Numbered from the whole stretch's first letter, positions 14,384 to 26,500 are shown. The stretch is DNA of 62,334 nt, filler included, from 11 parts of 11 records of this genome joined end to end with filler, not necessarily neighbours in it, one strand, 5' to 3'. The notes: generated by a model from the sequence alone, not told the origin. Numbers and translations are program-made.

Positions 14384-16124
14384 GGTGGCGTTGATTCAGT
14401 CCTGATTTATGATTTATCCATCCAGGCGGCGGCTCTAGAGATGGCTCGGAGCAAGCTTACCGAGCTCACCCAGCAGGCCGAGCGGCTGCAGACCAGGCTG
14501 GCCCAGGAGCTGGCCGAAGTCAGCCAGCTGTCCGAGCAGAAGGTCCGCGCTCGGTCAGCTGCCCCAACGGCTGGCAGGTGCTCGCGGAGCGAACCCAGCT
14601 GAGCCAGCTCGAGTTGCTCGTCCGAAGCGCCAAAGCCCGGCTGGACGAGGCGTGCAAGGCCCAGGTGCTCAGGGTGCGCCTGTGGCCGCTGATCGGGCGG
14701 TTGAGGCCGATGCCCGGCGAGGGCAGCAAGGCTCATTGGAGCTGATCAAGGATGAACTCTACGAGCTTGGCCGCCGGACCGAACAAGCCGAGCAGGTGCG
14801 GCACATCAGACCGGTGGCTGATCGGGGGGCAGCAAACGGCCAGGGCCGAGGCCGAGGCTGAGGAGCTGGAGGCGGGTCGGGCGGTGCAGGTGGCCCGCGG
14901 ATGGGGCAGCGGGCCGACTGGCTGTGCCCAGGAGGAGCGCTCCGAGATGCACCTGGCCGGCGTCGAGACCGGGATGGTAGGCGAGGTCCCGCCCAGAGCG
15001 CGGCGGCCGGCCGATTGGTGACGCAGGTGACCGGACTGGAGCGAGAAATCGGCGCAGCTGAGCTCGAGTTGGAGAATTGCCAGCGGCTGGTGCCCGAGCC
15101 CAGGGCTGCTCGCTGATGCGCTGCTTCAGGCCGGCGAGACTCAAGAGCAAACCGAGCTGCGGGAAGAGGTGCGGTTTAGCCGACCAAGCGATTAATCAAT
15201 TAGCGCTCAAATATTCAGTGAATCTGTGTTGGTCACGCAGGCTCTTCGGCGCTTGTTCGACGAATCTGAGGGAAATGAACTGGGCTGGCAGCAACAAAAG
15301 GCGCAGCTGCAGGTGACAGTCTGCTAATCAAATGGCGCGAAGCGGGGGGTCAGGAGCAGCTGAAGGCGGCGGAGGACGACCTCGAGAAGAAGGAGCAGGA
15401 GCGGCAGCTGGCTGCGCACGAGCTCGGGAGCAGCAGCAGTCTGTACAGCAACGAGCTCAACCAAGCGACCGAGCAGCAGTGGCAAGCCGCCCAGCGGCTC
15501 GACGAGGTCACTTGCCTCTGGACTGGGCCAGCTAGCCTAGGAAGGAGTGTTGCCGCCGGCTGAGTGGAGCGCAGGTGCGGGCGCATATAGAGCAGCTCGG
15601 ACTGCTGGCGAGTGGAGGCACGATCGCTCAGCGCAACAAGCAGCAGCAAATCCACCAGGTGAGCGCACTCGTGACCGCCGATGTGTGGCTGAGAACGCTT
15701 GATTGTGGCAGTACGAGCTAGCGGCGGCGGCTGCCAATCAGCGAGCCCAGCTGGCCATGGAGCGGTCAGCAGCGCTCGAGTCAGCCCGAACTAAGCTCCA
15801 GGTCAGTTATTAGCCCAGAGCGTTGCGCTGACCGGCCACAGGAGGGGATCGCGGCCCAGGTGCAGCAGGAGCTCAAGATCACCGAGCAGGTCGCACCGGC
15901 TGTCGGATTATCAACTCCGGCTTGATTGGAGGCCGGCAGGTGCTCGCCAATGCAGAGAGGTCGACCTCGCCGAGCCGCAGCCCGCCGCCTCCGGCACAGG
16001 AGCCAAATCTGACAGGGGTTGCCATGATTAATGGGTCGAGATGACTGATATGGGGCTGAAGGTGATGCTGTCGCCTCGGTCGGCCAAGATCGAAGAGGAG
16101 TGGCAAACGCTGATCAACACGTGA
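14384..16124 (+). CDS. Intron-rich coiled-coil protein, 3' part
   Basis: Exons joined by ~40-60-nt, mostly phase-0 GT-AG introns give a continuous heptad-rich peptide ending SAKIEEEWQTLINT*. Confidence 0.65.
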
Positions 16125-16274
16125 ATTTTCTCTTTATCGGTTATTGATTTTATCGGTCATTATTAGCTGTACAATGATTCATAGCCTCAATTGATGTTGA
16201 TAACATTCGAATACTGACTAAGCCTTACTACGCTTACTGAGCCTCCGGGGGAGGCGCCTCGACCTTTTGTTCAC

Positions 16275-17700
16275 ATGTATCCTTCTTCTCTATTGGCCAA
16301 CCTGCCGCTGACCCGCGTGACCTCTGCGCGAGCAACGTCTGACCCTGCACGAACTCAAATGCCAGCGGGTGACACTTCGCTGCTGGCCACCGTTCGGGCC
16401 TCCCGTGCGGCGGCCGAGGCGCTCGCTGGGAGGCTGGACCGGGCCGGGCTGGATCCAACTGCAATAGCCGAACTCACCGACGCCCGTCAGCGCCAGGTGG
16501 GTCTGACCGTAGAGCGAGGACCGAGCGGGGTGCAGGAGATGCGGCGGGAGGATGCCCGGCTGGACAAGGGTGCGCCCCGGGAGAGGGCTACTGACGGACT
16601 GTGTTGTGGCGATAGCGTTGCACGCACACCAGCAGCGCGAGGCCAAGTTGATGGACGCCGCTGCGTTCAGCGAGGTCCGGCAATCCGCAGCGATTGACGG
16701 AATGAATCAATGCAGATGGAGCGTCGCCAGATGATGGCTCAGCTGGAGGAGGCTACCCGGCAGGCGGATGAGGCCGTGGCCGAGGTGCCGCGCGGCCGGC
16801 GCGGCAACAGAATTGGCTGGGACAGCGGAACGCGATCGCCGGCGAATTTGCTGCGCTGGAGGCCGCGTTCCGGCAACGGATTGCCGCGGAGGCCAGCGAG
16901 CGGGCCGAAGCTCAGAACGGCCCCGGGCGACAGCAGGGCACGCAGGCTGGCGAGGGGCCGGAGGGCAGCATGCTCGCTGGGTCTCGCCCGATCTGGGACG
17001 AGGACAGGGTGAGATGCCTCGAACGGTGACTGCAGCCACTCGGGAACGCCCCGACTGATTGGTGGGTTGGTAGGACGGCCAACTCCAACTACAGCACACT
17101 GCGCGAGGTGCGGCCGATTGTGGCTGAGAGCGCTCCGTCCCGTGATCTGTGGCTGAGAGCGCTCGGTGTAGGTGCGGGCTGAGCGGGACACCTGGCGCAA
17201 CAGGGCCGAGCGGGCCGAGCGCGAGCTGACGAGTAATAAGAAGCTGGTGCGCGAGCTGAGGGTGCACTGCGGCTACCTCGAAGCCGAGCTGCTCAAGGTG
17301 TTAATTTTAATTGAACAGTTGAGATCAAAACCGGACGCAGGAGGAGCAACCCACCCCGGCACCGGCGCACGAGAGCCCGTTCGGCGGCTGGGCCGGGCTG
17401 CCCGCAAGTGGGCAGATACGCGACCGGTGAGGCCGCGGCTGCGCGAGTGAGTCGGGGCTCAGATTAAGAATGGGCCCGCTGTTTACTGGGTCAGAGCAAG
17501 GGCTGCCCACCCGAGATCTGACCCGGTGCTCGGGCACGCGGCCGGACGAGACGCTGCCGTCGGTGGGGCCGGGCCGTGCCTGTGGTCTCACAGCGGGTTG
17601 AAGGGTCCGGTCAGACAAGACCATCAGCGAGGCGACCTAGCGGCCCTGCAGCAGGTGGTGGCGCAGTACCCGCCGGAGAGATCGCTGCCGGACAACTCCG
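16275..17700 (+). CDS. Hypothetical coiled-coil protein, 3' end uncertain
   Basis: ATG at 16275 after an AT-rich spacer. Spliced exons read EMRREDARLDK, MERRQMMAQLEEATRQ and VRAERDTWRNRAERAERELTSNKKLVREL. Confidence 0.5.
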
Positions 17701-18097
17701 NNNNNNNNNNNNNNNNNNNNNNNNNNNNNNNNNNNNNNNNNNNNTTAATTAATTAANNNNNNNNNNNNNNNNNNNNNNNNNNNNNNNNNNNNNNNNNNNN
17801 ATCTACTGTACTGCGAACGGGACGCGGGACGGAGATGGTGGCTTTACCACCACTTGGCGGTAACCACCCCTTCTTGAGGCTGATACTCTTTTTTTAAAAT
17901 AAAGCTTGTTTATTACAATGAAAAACGCGCTAGTTCGGCTAGTTGGCTAATTAACTCCACCGGCCGTCCTGCCCGTCCACGCCGTCCATCCCTAAGGTTG
18001 GTTGGTACTCGTGGTACTAAGGGTCGGTAGGGTACTAAACTAGGGTTGTAAATCTTGTCAGATTTATTACACAATGCTTTGATAACAATATTTCGGG

Positions 18098-19564
18098 TCA
18101 TAAGCCTTCGCGCGAGGCTTGCCGCTGGCTCAAGCGCTCCACTTGTTGCCGCATACTACTAGACTCCGCCTGAACCGTTGCCCGCTCGGCTCGCTGGTCG
18201 ACTCGCTGGTCTAAGCTCTGGCTGAGCTCCTGCTCCGGCTGTCGGACTCGGCCCTCGAGCTCTCCAGCCCGCTCGGCTCCCCCGCTCGGCCGCTGCTGCA
18301 GCAGACCGAGCTCGTGCTCGCGCAGCTGCCTCAGCGCAGACTGCATCCGGCGCACTGATTCCGGCGGCTGGTCCAGCACTGGCGGGCCCGAGGTCCCTAC
18401 CAAAGCCTCTTCAATCTGTCGGAGCCGAGCGGCCGGGATTGCCGAGAAGTCAATACCCGTTGGGGTTTTGTACTGCTGGAGCAACCGGTGGAAGGTGCCG
18501 TCGAGCACCGCGGGGCAGATATTCTGGAGCGACCCCTTCTGGCCCATCCTGAGCAGCCCCCAGAGCAGTGGGAGCCGCCGGACGGATCCAAGGGAAAAGT
18601 TGCCCACGAGCTGCCCTGCCAGCAACCGCCTAACCCTACCGGCCGAGCCTCGCCGGAGCTCCACCCGCGCCCGCTGGTCGGCCGGGCTGAGCTGCTGCTT
18701 GTTGAACACCGGCACGGGTCCGAGTCCGAGCTTGGGCCGATCCGACGGGTACACATGAAAGATGATGCTGTGCGAGAAGGCGTACAAGTCGTACCCAGAT
18801 GTCCATAGCCGGGCTGTCATGGCCATCTCCTCGCCCTGGAAGAGCATCGGAGTGCCTGGGTCGTATGGCACTGCCAAGATCCGGTGGCCGGCGCTGAACG
18901 AGAGCCCGGCTGCGAAGAATGGGTGGAGCAACGGCGCTGGGTTTGGAAGCACTTTAGATAAGTCGATTTCGGTGGCCTGGCGGAGCCGCAATAGGCCGTC
19001 CTGGTTGCCGTCAGTGTGGACCATCGGGTGTTGGGTGGTGCACATGACCGGCGTGGTTCGCCTGAGGCTGCGGAAGCTGCTGTTGTCCAGCGATCCGACA
19101 AATGAGGTCGGGTAAGAGGTCAGCACCGCCATCTCGTTGCGGGCCGCTGCCCACTGGGCCTCGAGCTTGACGTCCCAGTCGGTTGAGAAGACCATGTGCG
19201 CGTCCATCTGCATCGCCCACCGCTCGCCTCTGTACAGCAGCTCCGCCCTGTGCCGCGCCCAGGTCGGTCCGAGTGCGCGGTCCGGCGCGATCCACTCGCG
19301 ACGGAGCTGATCCTCCGCGAGTGGAGCCAGGCAGGGCAGGTCGGCGAGGTAGCTCTGATCCACCACCCCAAACACCAGCCGGGCCGGGTGTCGGGCCCGG
19401 GCCAGCGCCTGGCCGATCGTCCGCGGACACAGCGGGTCCCGGAAACTGGGCAGACTGATGAAGATCTTCCCGGGCGGACCGGCCACTTTAGTCCGGGCGG
19501 GCGGGCTCGACAGCCCGATCCCGACCAGCAGCGGCAGGCACCACGCCCTGCGCAGCAGGCCCAT
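18098..19564 (-). CDS. GT60-family GlcNAc-transferase (Gnt1/Skp1-HyPro GlcNAcT-like) with N-terminal signal/anchor; intronless
   Basis: IFISLPSFRDPLCPRTI..RLVFGVVDQ; GPTWARHRAELLYRGE; MQMDAHMVF..WD; VLTSYP; FFAAGLSF; VPYDP..LFQGEEMAMTARLWTSGYDLY. Confidence 0.88.
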   Translation of the reverse strand: MGLLRRAWCLPLLVGIGLSSPPARTKVAGPPGKIFISLPSFRDPLCPRTIGQALARARHPARLVFGVVDQSYLADLPCLAPLAEDQLRREWIAPDRALGPTWARHRAELLYRGERWAMQMDAHMVFSTDWDVKLEAQWAAARNEMAVLTSYPTSFVGSLDNSSFRSLRRTTPVMCTTQHPMVHTDGNQDGLLRLRQATEIDLSKVLPNPAPLLHPFFAAGLSFSAGHRILAVPYDPGTPMLFQGEEMAMTARLWTSGYDLYAFSHSIIFHVYPSDRPKLGLGPVPVFNKQQLSPADQRARVELRRGSAGRVRRLLAGQLVGNFSLGSVRRLPLLWGLLRMGQKGSLQNICPAVLDGTFHRLLQQYKTPTGIDFSAIPAARLRQIEEALVGTSGPPVLDQPPESVRRMQSALRQLREHELGLLQQRPSGGAERAGELEGRVRQPEQELSQSLDQRVDQRAERATVQAESSSMRQQVERLSQRQASREGL

Positions 19565-19663
19565 CACCGCAAATCACGCAGCAGGCGCCCGGGCCTTCCC
19601 GCAGTGCCCGCAAGCACGCCGAGATCGGTCAACAACGGCAAAATGGATGCTTCTGGGTGAGAG

Positions 19664-20034
19664 ATGGGCCAAAAGGTGCCGTGTGGGCGAGGGGTGACGG
19701 GCCGACTGGGGGGCAGTTTGTGAAGGCACTCTGCTGCTGCTGCCCCGAGCCTGCGGGGCCCAGTCAGGGCGGGCCGGATGAGAGCGAGCGTGGGCTGATG
19801 AGCGAATCGGGCAGCGACACCGAGGCCAACCCGGTGAGCCAGACCGATCAGGACGCCATGCGCCGGGCCTCGGCCGCGGCGGCCGAGAAGCGGGCGAATG
19901 ACAGCAAGTACCGTGGGGTCCCCCAGGACAAGAGGAGTGCCCTGGACAGAAAGCTAGCGGCCGAGAAGGCCCGGGCGGGGCAGGCGGCGCAGCCGCGGGA
20001 CGAGGTGGCGGACGGCTGGAAGGACACCTCGTGA
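19664..20034 (+). CDS. SVIP-like small lipid-anchored protein
   Basis: One intron (19676-19716) gives MGQKFVKALCCCCPE (Gly2 plus Cys cluster). RRASAAAAEKR..RG resembles the VCP-interacting motif of SVIP. C-terminal W. Confidence 0.6.
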
Positions 20035-20407
20035 CCCGGTGCCGGCAGGGCTGGCAACGTTGTCTAGTCTAGAACGGTGTCTATTATAATACAACTTAGT
20101 ACTAAGTGTAGGCCTGATGGCTTTTCTGTTGAGCGCTCATAACTGTAATTATATAAGTATACGTATAAGAAGGCGTGTGTACATGAACCGATCAGAATGA
20201 TAGTCACGATCAGAGCTATATACCACAGCCTACTCGCAGAAGTTGCGTCGAACAATATAATCCACCCACGGGTCACTAATGACTACCTAATGTACTAACA
20301 TTACATACTCATACCATCGCACAATGAGTCACAAACATATACGAGTACCCACGTCGTGACCGTTGCTGTAGCTGCTCTTCCCATCACAGTCGCCGCCCTC
20401 GATCCGA

Positions 20408-21229
20408 TCACTTCCGCCCCTCGTTCAGAGGCCGGTTGAACCCGCCTGTGCCCAGCTCGCCCGGCGGCCTGAGTCGGCCCACCTTTCCGGTTCATGTACT
20501 GCCTGTACGCCTTCCGGGGCGGCTTCCTCACCCCGCCAGCTTTCTCGTTACCCGCTACTTGTTTGTTCTGCCGGCAGTCACACGCGCCGGCCAGTGTGCC
20601 GGCACCTTTGTGGTGTCGAATCCGACAGGGAACCCCATTGCAGCCATCATCGCCTCCTCTGAGCTCAGCTCTGTCCCTGGTGGCGGAGGACCTGCCGCCC
20701 GGATCGCCCGCTCACCCCCGGGCGGCTGGCACCCACTGGCGGTTGCGGCGGGCCGGCTGCAGGAGGCGGGACTGGCCGGGCGTCAGGCCGGGCCCCAGCG
20801 GCAGGCGGTGCCTGGGGGCGGGAGGGGCATCCCGGGGGGTGGGACCCCTGCAGGCGGCTGGGGCGGGGGCGGTGGCCCGGAGTTGCGCGACGGTCGTGGC
20901 GGCGACGACGGCCTGCAGCGCCCTCGCCTGAGCTGCGGCCGGGGACTGGGGCTGGCACCGTCGCTGCCTGGGCGGGCTCCGGCTCCGGCTCCTGTGTCGA
21001 CGGTCAGCGCTGCGGCCAGGGAGGCCGTACCGCTTGCTGCGACGGTCGCGGCTATCGCTGCGGCTCCGGCTATAGCTCCTGCTGTAACTCTTGCTGGCCC
21101 GGCCCCGTCAGCCCAGTCGACAGCCGCGGCCCACCGGCGGTCCGAACGGCTGCGGCTCCGCGAATAGCGGCGGTTGCTCCGGGAGCGCGATCGCGAGTAC
21201 GAGTCCGGGTGCCGCCGGTCGCGCCCCAT
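20408..21229 (-). CDS. SNRNP27: U4/U6.U5 tri-snRNP 27 kDa protein
   Basis: RS-rich N-terminus; spliced MMAAMGFPVGFDTTK and YRQYMNRKGGFNRPL signature. Confidence 0.9.
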
Positions 21230-21856
21230 CTCGCACGGCCGAGCGCAGCCCTGGAACTCGCACGCTGTGCCGTCGGCCGGCTGAGCGTCTAGATCTAACG
21301 GATGCGATCCTGCAGACCCCGCCGGCGGGCGGCCTCGCGAGCTTGCGGAGGGTATCCCACCGCTCGCGGCCGACCAACCGTATGTGCCGATGCTCCAGAG
21401 CGCCGACAATAAACGTGTACTTGGACGGCCGCCTCTAGTCTGCTAACATAAGTCATTATAGTAACTGGTGTACGTAACTCTTGGAGGATGTCGTAGTCCG
21501 CACCGCATAATAACTTAAGTTTGACTTCGTACTGAGATAGTACTGAAATTCCATGAAACAGCAGTGAAAAGAATAGGACTTGTTCAACTTATGAAATATT
21601 TATTCAATCTTCTCAGATAGATCTACTCAGATGTCGCCGTACGCAATAGCTCGGCCGTGATTTTTGTTTGAAACACGTTCGTTAAATAATAATCCAAATG
21701 CTAAACATAGCCCTTTGGTCATAGCACTCGATCAGACCCACCAAGGATCAAACCCACCAAGCTAGACAAAAAGGCCTCGTTTGCATTATTACCCCACTTG
21801 TGCGGCCTGGCCCTCCTCCACCATTCACCCGGCCGCCCACCCAACCAGATGATAGC

Positions 21857-22499
21857 TTAGTTGTCATACGCAAAGAGAGCCTGGTCTAGCACAGCAATGC
21901 TCATCGGGCGGGTCTGATCCTCGTGGTCTGGATCGCTGAATGATTCCAGGAAGATGGTGCTTTCCTCATCTGCGCGTCGCGGATCATCCCAAGGCGCCCA
22001 AGGCTAACTGGGCCAAATACTTTGAGAACGATAAGAAGATCCTGCGGTTTGTGGCTCAGCTGGACACACGCGCGCCCGAGGACCGCGAACGGCTGTTCGT
22101 GGTGTCGTACTACCTAGCCGACGACACTATCATTGTGTACGAGCCACCAGCACGCAAGACTGTGACGACTTCACCGCTGAGTTCATGAGCGAGAACTTTG
22201 GCTACGACTGCAAGGGGACTGTCATCTCGCTCGAGGAGGAGCGGCCCGCCCCGCCCCAGATGGAAATCCCGCCTTACACCGGGTTCGGCTCGGAAGAGGA
22301 CTCACTTGGCTCCTTCTACTCGCTGGTCCTGGATGCCATTGGCTGCCTTGCTGAAGATCTGCTTCTTGGCGTGGTTTGTCTTCTGCAACAGCGCAATGGT
22401 TAGGACCTATCGGCCCGCAGCCGCTGGGGCCGGGCCCACCGTCGGGTTCGAGAACGTGTTCCCTGGCAGGAAGGGCAGCCCAGTGGAGGACCCCGTCAT
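21857..22499 (-). pseudogene. EFHC1: EFHC1/Rib72-like axonemal gene, largely deleted, with two inverted internal blocks
   Basis: Minus strand: MTGSSTGLPFLPGNTFSNPT|KTNHAKKQIF (intron 22383-22439). Plus strand: DM10-region blocks PKAPK..LRFVAQL..VSYYLADDTIIVYEPP (21988-22157) and DCDDFT..IPPYTGFGSEEDSLGS (22158-22328). Probable minus-strand last exon ends ALFAYDN* at 21857. Confidence 0.8.
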
Positions 22500-22645
22500 T
22501 GCGCTTCGCGGCAACTAGCCTATTCTTAGCTATCAACGGCACATTGATCAAAGTCGGCCTGGCTCATTTGCGATGGATTTATAAAGCTGCAGGCAGCAGA
22601 CTGCGGGCTGGCTAGGCCAGTCAGTGTAGACATGTGACCACGGCC

Positions 22646-23435
22646 ATGGCGGACAAGTTCCAGCCGGGCAGCCCGGCGGAGCTCGAACTGCTGCACGAGC
22701 AGGCGCCCCCCGCCCCCCCGCCCGGCCCACCCGGCCGGCAGGTGCGGCAGCTGGTCCTTCGCCGGCCTCTGCTAGACTTCGAATCGCTCGTCCCGCCGGC
22801 CGGGTTCGACCCAGGCCCGGTGGTCTCCACGCTCCAGATGCTCGCGGACGGGTATCAGCTCAAGATCAACCGGCCGCTCAAGGTCAGCGCCCCGCCGGCC
22901 GGCCGGCCCAGCCTGCCGCAGGCCTCTCTGGCCCTCACGCTGGCCCGGTCCGTCACCAACTCGCTCTCGCGGCACATCGTCTCCTGCCGGTGGCCGGGCT
23001 ACCTGGGCCCAGCCGGCTCAGCCCGGGGGGCAGTACCCAACGGCACCCGGAGGTACTCCAGGCCATGTTCGATGCGGCCGAGCGACTCTGCCAGATGCCG
23101 GCCGTCTGCGCCGAGCTGCAGGTGCCTCCCCGCCGGGGTGCGGCCCGAGCCGGGGCAGTGCACGCTGGCTCGGTCGATGGTCCAGACCCTGGTGCTGATG
23201 ACGGCGTATGTAGAGAGCACGAGCAGCGGAGGGCTGCTCGAGAGCCTGGACGAGACACGGCTCGATCTGAGCGGCCAGGAGCTCGAGATGGACGAGCCGG
23301 CCGAGGTGCAGGAGCCCACCACACCAGCCGAGGTCCGCCCCCGCGCGAGTTGCGGGCTGATTGGGCCTTGCTAGCTGAGGAGGGCCAAGATCCGAGGCCG
23401 CGCCAAGTCCGACCTTTGCCGGTGGCTGCCCAGGG
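22646..23435 (+). CDS. Hypothetical protein, 5' part (runs into contig end)
   Basis: ATG 22646 and short introns joining helical exons. No family recognised. Confidence 0.55.
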
Positions 23436-23535
23436 NNNNNNNNNNNNNNNNNNNNNNNNNNNNNNNNNNNNNNNNNNNNTTAATTAATTAANNNNNNNNN
23501 NNNNNNNNNNNNNNNNNNNNNNNNNNNNNNNNNNN

Positions 23536-26500
23536 GGTGCCGTCGTAAAACTTCTTAGGGGCACTGCCCTCGGTTGGACAGCTTGGAACACAGTTCTTGC
23601 CATGGAGATACTTGAAAGGCTTGGTTCCGCTAGTAGGACAGGCGGTAACACACGTCTGTGAGGAGTGGTCCGAGTATTCACCATCTGCACAAGCCTCGCA
23701 GGTCCGGTCCACTTGGTCGCTGTCTGCAGTCGCACCTGACACCTTGGGAACCTGCAGCGCAACACAATAATTGTCAAGCCCAGCAAAAGGCCAGGTGCAC
23801 CTTGTGGTCGGGACAAGTGGCGACGCATGTGCCCGCCTCATAGTATATCTTGCCGGCACACGCTGGTGGGTGTGTTGGTACATTTGTTGGGGGCGTTGGT
23901 GGATTGGTTGGATCAGTAGCGAGGCCCTGGGCCATCTCAATCAGCTCAACTGACTCCTGCCCAATATCGCGCTGCTCCGCCAATGAGATCTTGCTGTCCT
24001 TGCACGCCTCTTCCACCCGACGCACCTCAGCTTCGCCTTGTTCTTTGACCTGCTCAGCCTTCTCCTTTGCTTCAATCAGTAGCTTTGTCCCATGTTCCTT
24101 TGCATCTGCCAGCGCCTTTTTCGTTTGCTCCTCAGCTTCAAGCTTCCTGTCGGATGCCTTCTTCTTTGCCTCGGCAACAATCTGGGTTGCTCTTGCCCTG
24201 GCCTGTCTCATCATCGCTTCCATTTGCTTGTTTACTTTGGCGGCAGCTAGCGTAGCCTCTTTTTCAGTCTGCTTGCTCTGTTCCAGTTGGGCTTTTGCAT
24301 CTTCGATAATCTTGGCTGCATTAGCCTTGCCCTGTGCCCGAATCTCATCGACTTCTTCTGTAGTTTCCTGGCGGATATCTAACTCTTCCTTTCGGGCTGC
24401 CTGACTGGCGCTTCTCTTGATCTCGTTCGCCTTGTTTTTGGCCATTGTGATATCCACTTCAGCTTGACGCTTGGCTCTGTTAAGCTTATCCTCGGCCTGT
24501 TGGTTCAGAGTCGCTGCATCAGCCTCCACAACCCTAGCTGCGCGCTCATCTCTCTTAGCTTGACGTTGGGCAGCGCGGAAGTCCTTCATCGCGGCAGCCT
24601 TGGTTCGAGAAGCTTTCATATCAGCTGCGTTCACTACCATATCAGCCTTCTCCTTTGCCGTTGCAATGATTGACTCGACCTCTTGCCTACCCTGTTCCCG
24701 CGCAGCCTTTCCACGACGTTTTGCTGCTCGCTTAATTGCTTCAACCCTGGATTGTCCATGTTCATGAATTCGTTGCACTGAGGTCTTGGTTCGCTGCCGA
24801 ATTCTTTCGATGTCTTGTTCTGCGGCAGCCTTCTTCTGTTGCATTTTCTTTTCCAGGGCAGCCATCTCTGGCTCATAGGCCTTCTGGGCCTGTGCGAACA
24901 ACTGTTTGGCCTCAGCTAATTTGGCCTCGCCCTCCTCACGGGCCTTGGCACGAATCTTGCGAGCTTCCCTGGTCGCCTCTTTTTCGATTGCATCCAGCTT
25001 TTCCTTATCCTTTGCTGCCCTGAGCCTCTCCTCGTGCTCCTCCTTGGTCTCGTCTGCTCTTTGCTTTAATTCAGCTTCTTTCGCATCTCGCTCGCTCTGC
25101 TTTGCGCTAGCTTTCGCTCCAGCCAGTTCCTGCTTCAGCGAGGCGAACTCTTTCTTGGCGTCGCTGATTTCGGCCTTCAGTCTCTCGACCTCACTGAGGG
25201 CGCGATTCATGGCCTCCGCACTTTCTTGCAGGTTCAATTCTGCTGTTGTGCTTGCTTCAGCTGCGCTCTGCTTTTCTTTCGATGCAGCCGCTAGTGCATC
25301 GCGCTTCTCCTGCTCCGTGCCCTTGAGCTGCTGCTTCAAGCTACGCGCTTGTTGGTCCTTCTGCTCTTCAGCAGCGAGCTTCTGCTTTTCTTGAGCCACT
25401 GCTTGTTCTTCGGTATTCTCCTTCGCCTTGTCTGTAGCTGCAGACTTTTTGGCACCTTCTGCCTGTTGCTTCAGAGCATCCAGCTCCTTTTGTATATCTG
25501 CAACTTTCTTTCTACCATATGTTGCCTGTATCTTGGCCTCTTCAATTGCAGCTTTGTCCTGTTTGCTCTTTGCTGCCGCTTCATCCAACGCAGCATCGCT
25601 CTTTTCCAGATCAGCATTTGCTGCAGATCTCGCTTCGAGTGCTTTGGACATGCCTGTCTCGGCAGATTTCTCGGCTGCCTTGAGCGTGCTTTCCTGCTCG
25701 TTTGCCTCTTTGAGACGCTGCTGCGCTTTTGCGTTCGCATTTGCACTTGCGTCTGCAGCTGCAGTTGCCTGTGAGGCCAAGGCTTCCTCTTTCTTTGCCA
25801 TTGCTGCTGCAGCCTTCTCCTTTGTGGCAGTCTCAGCCGAAGCTTCAGCAGCTTCGCGTTTCAAAGCATTCGCCTTCTGCTGTGAAATTTGCACTCTGAT
25901 CTGTGCAGCAGAAGCGGTTTCCTCAGACCTCTGAGAAGCCTCGAGACGAGACATTGCTGTTTGGCGGGCGGCAGAAGCTTTGTCTTCCTCGTCCTGGGCA
26001 GCTGCCAGTTTCGCCTCAGCATCCTTGATATCTGCTGCTGTCTTCTTGGCATCAGCGCTTAGGCCTTTCACCTTGGCTTTGTCCTCCTTCAGCTGATCCT
26101 TCGCTGATCCCTCGCGTTTTTCGATATCGCTGACCTGTTTTTGGGCCATAGCAGCGGCCTTTTGAGCCTCCATCTCGTCGTCCTTGAAGCCTTTCAGCTT
26201 TGCCCCAGCTGCCCTAACCTGAGAGTTCAATTTCATGGCTGACTCCTCCCCGGAACTGAGGGCCTGCTCTGCCTTTTCCATATCTTGCGCCTGCTTCTTC
26301 TTCTGCATCTGGGCTTTATCAGCCTCATCTTGCATGGCCTTCTGGGCATTGGCTAGTTCTTCATCTGCCTTGGCCTTCAGAGCGTCAGCTGCCTTCTTCT
26401 TGCTGCTTGCCTGTTCTTCAGCTTTGGCCACCCTACTGGCACTCTGCTTCATATCGCTATCAGCTTCCTTTGCGACCCCATCCAGCTTCTGCTGCTGCAA

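Noticed and set aside
17985-18060. CCCTAA/TAGGGT-like words and repeated GGTACT near a contig end, as a possible telomere
   Set aside because: Isolated words, not a tandem array.
22330-22518. Plus-strand peptide WMPLAALLKICFLAWFVF resembling an HVA22/REEP membrane segment
   Set aside because: It is the antisense of EFHC1 exons 1-2, which have a much better motif match and a proper intron.
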